A DNA stretch of 63,711 bases, the filler included, from Octopus bimaculoides (lineage: Eukaryota): NCBI RefSeq assembly GCF_001194135.2. It is 3 parts of 3 records of this genome, joined end to end, with 100 filler letters (N's around TTAATTAATTAA, not from the genome) between each part and the next. Parts side by side here need not be neighbours in the genome. Positions count along the whole stretch, not along the records: positions 1 to 26,918 come from NC_068981.1; 2 more parts are not named here. One strand, given 5' to 3'. How positions within the stretch are numbered: the stretch's first letter is position 1; every line of letters begins with the position of its first letter. The position numbers and the translations under genes were made by a program. The notes below the pieces were generated by a model. The model was given only the letters and a program-made list of their open reading frames with translations, was not told the DNA's origin and did no database searches. This document shows, piece after piece, positions 1 to 11,895 of this stretch.

Positions 1-437
1 AGTGGAGAGAGAGAGGGAGAGTGGAGAGAGAGAGAGAGGGAGAGTGGAGAGAGAGAGAGAGAGAGTAAAAGAGAAAATGAAAGTGAGAGAGGGAATGGAA
101 TTTCGGAAAATAATCCAGAAAGGAAAGAAAGGAGGAGAGAAGAGATAGATTAGGCGCGTGTTGTGAAAATGAGAAAGAGAGACTGAAATAGATGCAAAGA
201 TGTGGAGACATTTTCGTTTCCAAAGTAAATTTGAGAATGAAATAAATTAAGGTAAAAAACTGGGAAATTTTACTTTTCATTTGGAGACATTCGATAATAA
301 AAGATAGACTTTAGGGAGACTGATTTCTGATTGAACAAGGAAAAAGTGTTGTACTTCAGAAAGAAACTTTTTAAGAATGAGATATGTAAAAAAAAGAAAA
401 CGTATTTGAAAGTGTGGAACATTTATGGTGCGTGAGA

Positions 438-557
438 GAAGAAGAAGAAGAAGAAGAAGAAGAAGAAGAAGAAGAAGAAGAAGAAGAAGAAGAAGAAGAA
501 GAAGAAGAAGAAGAAGAAGAAGAAGAAGAAGAAGAAGAAGAAGAAGAAGAAGAAGAA
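438..557. repeat. (GAA)n microsatellite, about 40 units, following a GA-rich stretch at 1-200
   Basis: Perfect GAA run read directly. It explains the poly-L, poly-S and poly-R ORFs at 277-664. Confidence 0.98.
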
Positions 558-1206
558 ATAAACGGAGTAGGCTGTTGAGATTTGTAAGAAATAACTTGTG
601 TGACCGGAATGTCAAGCGTCATACTCGAGTTGACAGCATAAAATTTACCGTTTGGATTCATTGACGCCTCCTTGCAATAACAGAAGATTGCAGGATTATA
701 AGTTAGACCTGTTCAAACGTATTATACTCAGTAAGAACGTTTTGCAAAAATGAAATCCCTTATGTTCTAGTGCACGATAATTTTTGAGTTCCATGATGCA
801 GCATTAAAAAAATTTTTTTAAGGATGTTGTGATTCGGCACCCGTAAGAAGAATTCATATCGATGTTATGTCTAATCAAAAGGTGGTAATGATGGTGTATT
901 CTTTGAAATTGAAATCGTATCATAATGGGCGTCAGTTAATTCTTGCATATGCTATTATCTTGCGCTGGACGGCAAGAAAAAAATCGGTTGCACGCTAGGT
1001 TAATACGCATGAACATAAATATCATAGAGACGTTCAAATGTGATTACAAACGTCAACTATGAAAGTTTTTTTTTTCTCATGCATTTACATCACAAGCAAG
1101 CAAAAGTTTCATGGCCCACAAATGAAGCCCTTTTTGCTATAGAAACATTTTTGGGGAATTATATAATTGAGTACATCGAACTCAGTGCTCGACAGGTTCT
1201 CATTTT

Positions 1207-1330
1207 AATGACAGTGAAAAGATGAAAGGCAAAGTCGACCTCGGCGGAAATTGAACACAGGACTTAAAGACTGGCGTAATGCTGTTAAGCAGTTTATCCG
1301 ACGTGCAAACGATTCTGCCAGCCCGCTACA
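1207..1330 (-). mobile_element. SINE-A (tRNA-derived) fragment
   Basis: Reverse complement of the family core ...GGCAGAATCGTT...TTCCGCCGAGGTCGACTTTGCCTTTCATC seen in many + copies. Confidence 0.85.
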
Positions 1331-1613
1331 ATTGGACCACAATTATAATACGTGCAAGTTAAATCTAAATGTAATAACAACTCAATTCAAATGACCGAGT
1401 TGATCATTTGAATAATCCATGACAATCTGAATAATCCTTGTTTCACTGCTCTATACATGTGATTTGTTCCTAGGTATGAGAGAAATCCTTTGATTAATGT
1501 AAGGACTTTTATCAACATAGATTTCAGTTCTATATTTAAGAGATGAAGAATTGTGTACGTTATTTACTTTATTTAAAATTGACGGATATTTGTCCTCAAT
1601 CTTGTTTGTTGTT

Positions 1614-1659
1614 AACACAACGTTTCGGCTGATATACCCTCCAGTCTTCTTCAGGTGTC
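1614..1659 (-). ncRNA. Minimal type I hammerhead ribozyme in the Penelope pLTR
   Basis: Minus strand reads GACAC-CUGAAGA-A-GACUG(GAGGGUAUAU)CAGCC-GAAA-C-GUU-GUGUU. Stem I is GACAC/GUGUU, stem II has one mismatch, stem III is the palindrome ACGU and the cleavage triplet is GUU. Confidence 0.8.
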
Positions 1660-1724
1660 TTGACGAAAATTTCGAACCTAGGTTCTCTAAGGTTATAATT
1701 ATTATTATTATTATTATTATTATT

Positions 1725-1778
1725 GGAATCGAACTCAGAATATTGGGGTTAGTAGCCCGCGCTCTTAACCACTATGTA
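1725..1778 (-). promoter_or_regulatory. tRNA-like Pol III cassette (A-box-like and B-box) followed by an (AAT)n tract, inside the PLE 3' region
   Basis: Minus strand reads TACATAGTGGTTAAGAGCGCGGGCTACTAACCCCAATATTCTGAGTTCGATTCC and then (AAT)n. A homologous cassette lies at 33170-33234. Confidence 0.6.
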
Positions 1779-1826
1779 CAATTATGGAAGGAATTTTAGG
1801 GCTTATAAATCTAATATTCTCCTATC

Positions 1827-2415
1827 CTATCTTAGTACCAGTTCCCATATGCTGTTCATATCTGCACTCGGTCTGCTTAGGAGGTTGTTGTGTCCTAGCA
1901 TATGTGCTACGTCTTTTAATTTTCGTATTATCCAGTGGTGTTCTTTGTCTATTATTTTAACTTCATCCCACAGGGGGAGGTGGTCTCCATTTTTCCATAC
2001 ATGATCAGCTATACCTGATTTATCAATATCTCCTCGTGTCACAGCTTTGCGATGTTCCTCTACAGTTATTTTGAGGGCGCAGCATGTTTCACCTTTGTAT
2101 AACCTACCACAGCTGCATGGGATGGAGTACACGCAGTTCTTAGTCATTCTCTGCTATTGGTGGTTTTACTCATAGGAGATATTTGCGACGTGTTGTATTA
2201 CTTGTGAATACTGTCCTAATGTCATATGGACCGCATATCTTTTGTATCTTTTCGGAGAAGCCTTTCACATAGGGTAGACAGATTGTAGACAGTTTTTCGG
2301 TTTCATCCTCTCTTTTCTTCATAATTGGAGTGGAGAGTATGCTTTTGGGGTAGTTGTTGCTTAATAGATTGTTACTGAGCTTGTAAATAATGTAAATAAT
2401 GAACATAGATTTCAA
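1827..2415 (-). pseudogene. Penelope linker and GIY-YIG endonuclease domain, broken between ORFs 2170-2415 and 1827-2147
   Basis: LPYVKGFSEKIQKICGPYDIRTVF is the typical PLE linker. CVYSIPCSCGRLYKGET...VEEHRKAV...SGIADHVW...WDEVKIIDKE is the GIY-YIG signature with substitutions. Confidence 0.9.
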
Positions 2416-2480
2416 CTTGAATTTCCTATAATTCAGGTTGAATTATAGGAAATTCAACCTATAATTTTTCTATTTCTCCG

Positions 2481-2945
2481 GGCAGTGAGCTGGCAGAAAC
2501 GTCAGCACGCCGGGCGAAATGCTTAGCGGTATTTCGTCTGTCTTTACATTCTGAGTTCAAATTCCACCGAGGTTGACTTTGCCTTTCATCCTTTCGGGGT
2601 CGATAAATTAAGTACCAGTTGCTTACTAAGTCGATGTAACCGACTGTCCCCCTCCTTAAAAAATTTCGGGCCTTGTGCCTAGAGTAGAAAAGAATATTTC
2701 TTTTTCTCAGGGCGGTGAAATGGCAGAAACTTTAGCACGCCAGGCGAAATGCTTTGCGGTAATTCGTCTGCCGTTACGTTCTCAGTTCAAATTTCACCGA
2801 GGTCGACTTTGCCTTTCACCCTTTCATGGTCGATTAAATAAGTACCAGTTACGCACTGGAGTCGATGTAATCGACTTAATCCTTTTGTCTGTCCTCTTTT
2901 TTATCCCCTCTATGTTTAGCCCCATGTGGGAAATAAAGAAATAAA
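2481..2945 (+). mobile_element. Two tandem SINE-A copies (2481-2695; 2711-2945, long-tail variant ending AATAAAGAAATA)
   Basis: Heads GGCAGTGAGCTGGCAGAAACG and GGCGGTGAAATGGCAGAAAC, B-box GAGTTCAAATTCC, core GACTTTGCCTTTCATCCTTTCGGGGTCGATAAATTAAGTACCAGTT. Confidence 0.92.
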
Positions 2946-3262
2946 TATTTCTTTTCCTGTTACTACCTGATAATATGTTGGATTTTAGAAATAATCTTAA
3001 ACTAAAGAAGAAAGAAAATAATTAAAAGTTAATATAGATTTAGTTGTTACTGATGCTTCTGTTTTTGTTGTTGTTGCTGCTGCTGTTGATGATGTGTTAT
3101 TTATGTTGATGATGTTGATGTTGTTAACTCGGGTCAACAGTATGTGACCGGAATTAATAGCAGAAGAAATCCAGCCGTCATTATCCGGTTGCTTACTCTA
3201 TAGAGTTATAAGAGCAGTAAGATAGCGATAATTGAATGACATATGTATAGAATATACAAAGC

Positions 3263-3310
<48 letters not shown>

Positions 3311-3489
3311 AAGAGAGAAAAATAAAGAAATGATTCATAAGGCTGATGGTTAGTAGATACATTCACTTCGTTTAACTTTGTATATGTGTGAGTGTGTGGG
3401 TATATGTTTTTAAGTATATGCATAATATATGTCAATACATACATATATATATATGCGTGTGTGTGCGCGCGCGTTTGTGTGTGTGTGTA

Positions 3490-3735
3490 GTTAAAGTACG
3501 ATTCATGCCGTACTTGTCACCCGCGAAATCATGGTCAAAATTCCAAGACCGAGCTGTGTGTTGTGTTCTTAAATAAAACATGTCATCTCATGTCGCTCTG
3601 CGATCATTTCAACATCTGATGCCCTGTACACCGTGCCCGTGTTCAGGCAACATCGATTTGATGGCGGGATTGAGCTAGCGTACAGCCCATACGTTTGATC
3701 ACGAAAGACAAATCATTTGTGAAGTTCGTCGGCAA
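3490..3735 (+). mobile_element. SINE-C-related element, diverged
   Basis: GTTGTGTTCTTAAATAAAACATGTCATCTCATGTCGCTCTG resembles the TGTCTTGAGTAAGATGCTTTATCATTTTATCTCATGTTGCTCC core at about 42850-42900. The 3' body differs. Confidence 0.55.
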
Positions 3736-4562
3736 AAGTTTTACAATGACAATATTGACCAAGGTTAAACTGGTCTTTTCCGTAGGCTTTTCTTTCCACG
3801 GCTAAACCTAAACTGTCCTCCCGTCTTTTTACACAAGAACATGACTGTGATACACGATCCCTATTGATCGTTTTTTTTTTCGATCCCTTTTGATCGAACT
3901 CNNNNNNNNNNNNNNNNNNNNNNNNNNNNNNNNNNNNNNNNNNNNNNNNNNNNNNNNNNNNNNNNNNNNNNNNNNNNNNNNNNNNNNNNNNNNNNNNNNN
4001 NNNNNNNNNNNNNNNNNNNNNNNNNNNNNNNNNNNNNNNNNNNNNNNNNNNNNNNNNNNNNNNNNNNNNNNNNNNNNNNNNNNNNNNNNNNNNNNNNNNN
4101 NNNNNNNNNNNNNNNNNNNNNNNNNNNNNNNNNNNNNNNNNNNNNNNNNNNNNNNNNNNNNNNNNNNNNNNNNNNNNNNNNNNNNNNNNNNNNNNNNNNN
4201 NNNNNNNNNNNNNNNNNNNNNNNNNNNNNNNNNNNNNNNNNNNNNNNNNNNNNNNNNNNNNNNNNNNNNNNNNNNNNNNNNNNNNNNNNNNNNNNNNNNN
4301 NNNNNNNNNNNNNNNNNNNNNNNNNNNNNNNNNNNNNNNNNNNNNNNNNNNNNNNNNNNNNNNNNNNNNNNNNNNNNNNNNNNNNNNNNNNNNNNNNNNN
4401 NNNNNNNNNNNNNNNNNNNNNNNNNNNNNNNNNNNNNNNNNNNNNNNNNNNNNNNNNNNNNNNNNNNNNNNNNNNNNNNNNNNNNNNNNNNNNNNNNNNN
4501 NNNNNNNNNNNNNNNNNNNNNNNNNNNNNNNNNNNNNNNNNNNNNNNNNNNNNNNNNNNNNN

Positions 4563-5373
4563 TTTATTCCTTTATTTGTTTCAGTCATTTGACTGCATCC
4601 ATGCTGGAGCACCGACTTTAGTCGGAGAAATCGACCCCAGGACCCATTCTTTGTAAGCCTAGCTCTTTAATCTATCAGTATCTTTTTCCGAACCGTTAAG
4701 TTTCGGGGACGTAAACACACCAACAAGCGATAGTAGGGGGACAAACAAAGATACACGAATACCTACATACATACACCAGTCATACTCTTCCCAGAATTGA
4801 AATAACTGGGGAACCTTTGCTTTTTGCAACACTCTCAAGGCTGCTCAGACGACAAACATGTTTCGTCCCATTGTGGAGGTAGTCGATTTCGTCAAGATTA
4901 GACATGATGTGAGCTTTAGTGAATCAATGTTCAGTATTGCTAATGGACCAAAGTACATGTTTCTGGACTGATTTCTCTAATCCTCTGTGGCTCCTCTATA
5001 ACGAAGTTCGCATTCGTTCTCTCCTTCGGGTGCAATGCTATATCTCTACTGAGAGATTGTATCGTATATATCAGAGTAATTCTTGTTCTCAAACCTATCA
5101 CAAAGATTGGTGAACCTATTGCGTAACCTATTACTCTTTTACTTGTTTCAGTCATCTTTGACTACAGCCACGCTGGAGCACCACCTTTAGTCTAGAAAAT
5201 CGACACCAAGACTTATTCTTTGTAAGCCTAGTACTTATTCTATCGGTTTCTTTTGCCGAANNNNNNNNNNTTTCTTTTTGCCGAACCGCTAAGTTACGGG
5301 GACGTAAACACACTAGCATCGATTATCAAGCGATGGTGGGTGGATAAACACAGACACACAAACACTCACACAC

Positions 5374-5404
<31 letters not shown>

Positions 5405-5600
5405 CGACGGTCTTCTTTCAGTTTCGTCTACCAAATCCATGCACAAGGCTTTGGTCGGCCCGAGGCTACAGTAGAAGACACTTGCTCAAGGTGCCACGCA
5501 GTGGGACTGAACCCGGAACCATGTGGTTGGTAAGCAAGCTACTTACCACACAGCCACTCCTGCCCCTATGAGCTACTTACCACACAGCCACTCCTGCGCC
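4563..5600 (-). mobile_element. SINE-B copies: tail at 4563-4760, near-full copy at 5140-5600 with a duplicated head
   Basis: Reverse complement of GGCTGTGTGGTAAG...GGGTTCAGTCCCACTGCGTGGCACCTTG(A/G)GCAAGTGTCTTCTACT...GACTGAAACAAGTAAAAG. The CCTTGGGCAAGT motif resembles the CORE-SINE domain. Confidence 0.92.
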
Positions 5601-7480
5601 TATTTGCGTATTATTCCCGCATATGTTATCACAAAATGCTACCGTTTCTCTGTCGATTTGTTTTATGAAATCTCAGGCTGGTACTTTATAAATGCGATGA
5701 CTTATCTAGTATTTATAAGACATACATGTTTGGCCTGATATAACATCCTCGGATGAGGAGTATGGTTGTGCATTTATGATACTATCCATCCAATTACTGT
5801 GTAATAGGATGGAGTCCTGCTGACCAAAGCTGTCAAAAGACTGACAATGTGTCTAGATTTATACTAATATATGTATCGAATATGTATTGGAGCAAGATTT
5901 CCATGTACAGGCATTTTAATGGCAATATAAATATATATCACATGTATATGTATGCATAAACACAAATACATATACGTAATCACATACATACAATGCTCAT
6001 ATATCCTAATCTACAAAATTTTCTGCCCAGTACTTTCAAACTTTCAAACACCACTTGCCTGGGTTTGTGTGTACGTGTGTGTGTGTGCGCGCGCGTGTGT
6101 GTACGTGTATCGTATGCATCAGCGTTTTACATTGGTATGAAGAACAGATTTTTGACTACATTATTATATTAGGGAGATTGCAAAAGGATTATTGAACCAG
6201 CTTGCAGAGCTTTTATAATGCATGTCATGTGTGATAATGCTTAAAGCATGTGGTGTATTGTAGCCATATCAAAACATACTGGTCTTCACACTTCCCCCAT
6301 TTACTGCATATCAGCTAATTATAAATATATTTACCTGTAATCCATTAGTTAAGAAGCGATAGGTTAGATATAATTGATTATATGCTTGGTTGGTAAATCA
6401 AGTCTTAACTCGTGGCATTGATTTATAGGTTTGTGTTCCGCCTGAGAATTAGCTGTGCGCTAGCTGCATAATATATACCAGGACACTTACAAGTATCTCT
6501 TCATTTCAATCCATACTGTTAATTTTCTCTCGGGCTTTCTCTTTATTTCTATTCATAGGTCATTTTCCCTTTCAACCTACAGAAATGCATTATTTCAACA
6601 TTCACAGATAGTTCACGAAAATATGACATAATCTTCTGTAGTGCATAAAATATATATCAATTTCAAAATTATACATATACATATATATATATATATATAN
6701 NNNNNNNNNNNNNNNNNNNNNNNNNNNNNNNNNNNNNNNNNNNNNNNNNNNNNNNNNNNNNNNNNNNNNNNNNNNNNNNNNNNNNNNNNNNNNNNNNNNN
6801 NNNNNNNNNNNNNNNNNNNNNNNNNNNNNNNNNNNNNNNNNNNNNNNNNNNNNNNNNNNNNNNNNNNNNNNNNNNNNNNNNNNNNNNNNNNNNNNNNNNN
6901 NNNNNNNNNNNNNNNNNNNNNNNNNNNNNNNNNNNNNNNNNNNNNNNNNNNNNNNNNNNNNNNNNNNNNNNNNNNNNNNNNNNNNNNNNNNNNNNNNNNN
7001 NNNNNNNNNNNNNNNNNNNNNNNNNNNNNNNNNNNNNNNNNNNNNNNTATATATATATATATATATATGCATGTATGTATGAATCTATACATACGTATAG
7101 AGGTGGGAGATAAAGAGAACTAGTAGGTAAAAGAGAAAAACAATAATAAACAACAAATAAATAATGTCGAAAAGAGACCTACCTCTGTTTTCTACAAGCA
7201 CACACATAGCATTTCCACAATGGCTGTATGGACTCTCTTTAATTGGATATCTTATCATCCCAGGCAAATCACTGACTGTCAGAGGCTAAGTTTAGTTCCA
7301 AAAGGGTGACTACTGCACAATTTGTACGCAAGGTGCTCAATATTCTATTCCTCTCTAACCTTACATTTCTTAATTCTCCTTTTCTTTTGACCTTTCTCTC
7401 TGTTTGTCCATACTTCAACTTCCCTTCATATTTCTCCTCCTTCTTCAATCCTTTATCATTATTATATTATCGATATAATT

Positions 7481-8320
7481 CGGCGGGCTGGTCGAATCGT
7501 TAGCACTCCAGGCAAAATTCTTAGCGGTATTTCGCCCGTCAGTACGTTCTGAGTTCAAATTCCGCCGAGGTTGACTTTGCCTTTCATCCTTTCGTGGTCG
7601 CTAAATTAAGTACCAGTGAAGTACTGGGGACGATGTTATTGACTCATCCCCACTCTCCAAATCGCTGCCCTTCTGGCAAAATTTGAAGCCATTATTAATA
7701 TTAATATAAAGGCAGTGAGATGGCAGAATATTTAGCATTTAGTTCGTCTTTGCGTTCTGAGTTCAAATTCTGCCGAGGTCGACTTTGCTTTTCATGCTTT
7801 CGGGTTTAAGGAATTAAGCATCAGTGGAACAATGGCGTCGATGTAATCGACCAGCCCGCTCACCCCAAATTTCAGGCCTTATGCCTATAGGGACGTCACA
7901 GGTGCCTTTCCCTTGGATAACATCTGTGGCATGGAGAGGGGAGGCCGGTATGTATGGGCGACTGCTGGTCTTTCATAAACAACCTAGCCCGGACTTCTGC
8001 CTGGGAGGGTAACATTCTTGGTGCAATCCTATGGTCAGTCATGACGAAGGGGGTTTCAGCTCATGCCTCTAGTAGAAAGGATTATCATTCTCAATATTAA
8101 TATCAGTGTTAAGGCGCCGTGCTGGCAGATTTGATAGCACACTGTGTAAAATGCTTAGTGGCAATTCGTTCTTTACGTTCTCAGTTCAAATTCCGTCAAG
8201 ATCGACTTGGCCTTTCTTCCTTTCGAGGTCGATAAAATAAGTACCAGTTGAATAATGGGGTCGATGCTATCGACTTACCTCTTCCCCTGAACTTGCTGGC
8301 TTTGTGCCAAAATTTGAAAT
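7481..8320 (+). mobile_element. Three head-to-tail SINE-A copies (7481-7700, 7709-8090 interrupted, 8112-8320)
   Basis: Repeated heads and cores, each ending in ...CCTTGTGCCAAAATTTGAA or ...GCCT(A/C)TAGTAGAAAGGATTAT. Confidence 0.9.
7891..8062 (+). mobile_element. About 170-bp GC-richer retroposon fragment nested in a SINE-A tail
   Basis: Flanked by ATGCCTATAG (7881-7890) and ATGCCTCTAG (8063-8072). The SINE-A tail resumes after it. Confidence 0.7.
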
Positions 8321-8335
8321 TCATATTAATCTTGT

Positions 8336-8362
8336 TACTACTACTACTACTACTACTACTAC

Positions 8363-8404
<42 letters not shown>

Positions 8405-8435
8405 TAATAATAATAATAACATTACTAGTAGTAGC

Positions 8436-8491
<56 letters not shown>

Positions 8492-8690
8492 CAGTAGTAG
8501 TAGTAGTAGTTATTGTTGCAGTAGTTGTAGTATATATTTGAATTTACTACTACTACTACTATTACTACTACTTTTCAGCAAGTCGCACCTTGCAATAATC
8601 AACAATTTTAGTTTTAGAATTTTTATGTTCTTGTTACTAGTACAGATAATATTTTACTCTTACTGCTGCTACTACTAATACTACAACTAG
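8336..8690. repeat. Compound trinucleotide microsatellite (ACT)n-(AAT)n-(AGT)n-(ACT)n
   Basis: Read directly. It grows out of a SINE-A tail. Confidence 0.95.
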
Positions 8691-11429
8691 TATTACTGTC
8701 GGTACAACTATTGTTCCCGCCCACTTATACAGTCTGTGCCAACTCTTCTCCTTATTGACATAACTCTGTGGTCATAGCTACGATTCTTTAAAGTCATTAA
8801 ATTCTCGTTCTATGAGTCTGTGCAATGATATAAGTAAACCCCAGCTAGAGATGAATGGATGAACAAGTACGTGAACCTGAATTTCCAGCAAAACCCAAAT
8901 TAGCTGACCAACAAGTTGTAGCACGAGATGACAACTAGGATGATTGAGCTATATAGATGCTTATCTCAGAGTTGTATCAGATACCCTGACGAAAATTTTG
9001 ACAGTAAATATTAAATGGTCGCAAGGTATTAGCAGTTCTTCTGTGTATCTGAACAGCTAAAACTCTCCGAACTATAGCTGATTTATGGTTTCACGTAAAC
9101 ATCTGAACACCACACAATTTTGAAACCGGTTAAGTGCATGAATGCATATATGCATGTATTATGTATGTATATATGTATGTGTATATATATATAAGATNNN
9201 NNNNNNNNNNNNNNNNNNNNNNNNNNNNNNNNNNNNNNNNNNNNNNNNNNNNNNNNNNNNNNNNNNNNNNNNNNNNNNNNNNNNNNNNNNNNNNNNNNNN
9301 NNNNNNNNNNNNNNNNNNNNNNNNNNNNNNNNNNNNNNNNNNNNNNNNNNNNNNNNNNNNNNNNNNNNNNNNNNNNNNNNNNNNNNNNNNNNNNNNNNNN
9401 NNNNNNNNNNNNNNNNNNNNNNNNNNNNNNNNNNNNNNNNNNNNNNNNNNNNNNNNNNNNNNNNNNNNNNNNNNNNNNNNNNNNNNNNNNNNNNNNNNNN
9501 NNNNNNNNNNNNNNNNNNNNNNNNNNNNNNNNNNNNNNNNNNNNNNNNNNNNNNNNNNNNNNNNNNNNNNNNNNNNNNNNNNNNNNNNNNNNNNNNNNNN
9601 NNNNNNNNNNNNNNNNNNNNNNNNNNNNNNNNNNNNNNNNNNNNNNNNNNNNNNNNNNNNNNNNNNNNNNNNNNNNNNNNNNNNNNNNNNNNNNNNNNNN
9701 NNNNNNNNNNNNNNNNNNNNNNNNNNNNNNNNNNNNNNNNNNNNNNNNNNNNNNNNNNNNNNNNNNNNNNNNNNNNNNNNNNNNNNNNNNNNNNNNNNNN
9801 NNNNNNNNNNNNNNNNNNNNNNNNNNNNNNNNNNNNNNNNNNNNNNNNNNNNNNNNNNNNNNNNNNNNNNNNNNNNNNNNNNNNNNNNNNNNNNNNNNNN
9901 NNNNNNNNNNNNNNNNNNNNNNNNNNNNNNNNNNNNNNNNNNNNNNNNNNNNNNNNNNNNNNNNNNNNNNNNNNNNNNNNNNNNNNNNNNNNNNNNNNNN
10001 NNNNNNNNNNNNNNNNNNNNNNNNNNNNNNNNNNNNNNNNNNNNNNNNNNNNNNNNNNNNNNNNNNNNNNNNNNNNNNNNNNNNNNNTATATATACAAAT
10101 ACACACACACATACAATATATACAAGAGGGAGTTCCCAGCGTTTGTAAATATGTGGTTGATTTGGTGTGCACCTATTCACAAAAGAATCACAGATGGAGG
10201 ATTTTCTGAATGTCTTACAAAGCATCATTTTGCCACGAATAAATTGGATTTAGAGAACTCGCGTCAGTTTCTTTTGTTCTTTCTCTGCAAAACCGAGTAT
10301 TTTATAAGCTTTGCTGTAAATTTGTTGGTACATAACCTAATGCCTCTATGTTAGTATGTACAAATAAGAGTTTTACTCAGGGTACAATAGCTGTATGAAT
10401 GTATGGATACATGTATGTATGGATTCATGCATGCATGCATGTATGTATGTATGTATGTATGTATGTATGTACATGGCAATCTCCTTCATAGTTTCTTTCC
10501 TCTAAATTACACGCACAAATCATTGTCGGCTTATTCATATGAGTGCATTGCACATGCCCAAAGTCCCATGCTGTGTAATCGAACTCGAATCAGTAATGCG
10601 TGAATATGCAAAGGATATATATTCATAAGCTTCAAAACCGCTACCTGTCATGTGTCTCGAGCTAAGTTTGATAAAATAAAAGCAAAATTTGGAGAACATG
10701 TACTCGAGTTTGAAATTCATCTTTATGTAACTGTAAAATAACTCTGAAGTGGTTCTATATTGGTAAAAATATATAAGCATGTGCTTAGATTTGAAGTGAG
10801 TTTGAGCCACAAATATATCTATGTTGTCTTTTATACGTTTATAAGCAAAGTATTCGAAGTTAACGTTAACATTTGTTACATTAACAAGTATATTCTGAAG
10901 AATTCTTCTCTAATACTAAATATAGATAAATACTCTAAGTGTGAAGGAATATTTCTATTTACGCGTGTGCGTGTATACATACATATATATGCCTGTCTTT
11001 GTGGGTTATACATACATACATACACACACATATATANNNNNNNNNNNNNNNNNNNNNNNNNNNNNNNNNNNNNNNNNNNNNNNNNNNNNNNNNNNNNNNN
11101 NNNNNNNNNNNNNNNNNNNNNNNNNNNNNNNNNNNNNNNNNNNNNNNNNNNNNNNNNNNNNNNNNNNNNNNNNNNNNNNNNNNNNNNNNNNNNNNNNNNN
11201 NNNNNNNNNNNNNNNNNNNNNNNNNNNNNNNNNNNNNNNNNNNNNNNNNNNNNNNNNNNNNNNNNNNNNNNNNNNNNNNNNNNNNNNNNNNNNNNNNNNN
11301 NNNNNNNNNNNNNNNNNNNNNNNNNNNNNNNNNNNNNNNNNNNNNNNNNNNNNNNNNNNNNNNNNNNNNNNNNNNNNNNNNNNNNNNNNNNNNNNNNNNN
11401 NNNNNNNNNNNNNNNNNNNNNNNNNNNNN

Positions 11430-11464
<35 letters not shown>

Positions 11465-11822
11465 TGTATGTATTTTTGTGTGTATGTATGTGTATATATG
11501 CATGTATGTATGACTATATAGAAGTGTCATTGTGTGTGTGTGTTGTTTCGTTCAGTGTATTTTTGTTTTATATAGTGTAAATATATTTGTGGATCTAGCT
11601 TGTATGCATCCATCTCTTATCTGTTATCTAAAAATGGTATTTACCAAAAACAAAAGATAATAGATATAAAAAGGGTAATAAACTATTTTAGCTCTTCGAC
11701 ATTAGGCTAGTCTCAAGAATGATGCGTATAACACAGCTTGATATAAAATTATTGAATTCCATGACAGTTTGTTGTCATCTACAAATAACCGAATAAAACT
11801 TTTATAAAAAGAAAGTTGATCA

Positions 11823-11824
<2 letters not shown>

Positions 11825-11895
<71 letters not shown>

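Larger units (their letters stand above)
1527..2401 (-). mobile_element. 5'-truncated Penelope-like element: GIY-YIG endonuclease 3' end plus pseudo-LTR, with a 13-bp direct repeat
   Basis: GIY-YIG-type peptide on the minus strand and a hammerhead-bearing terminal repeat at 1527-1690. AACATAGATTTCA at 1514-1526 and 2402-2414 flanks the element. A short inverted copy of the pLTR tail (TGTAAATAATGTAAATAAT) lies at 2382-2400. Confidence 0.9.

Noticed and set aside
277-664. Poly-Leu, poly-Ser and poly-Arg ORFs
   Set aside because: They are translations of the (GAA)n tract.
7945-8045. HDV-like ribozyme in the nested retroposon fragment (GGGCGA/TAGCCC-GG pairing, GCAA near the end)
   Set aside because: I could not assemble a consistent P1-P2-P3-P1.1-P4 nested pseudoknot by eye. 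A descriptor search on the family consensus would be needed.
10120-10354. Non-repetitive open frame after a gap (REFPAFVNMWLIWCAPIH...)
   Set aside because: No recognisable motif and no convincing splice boundaries.
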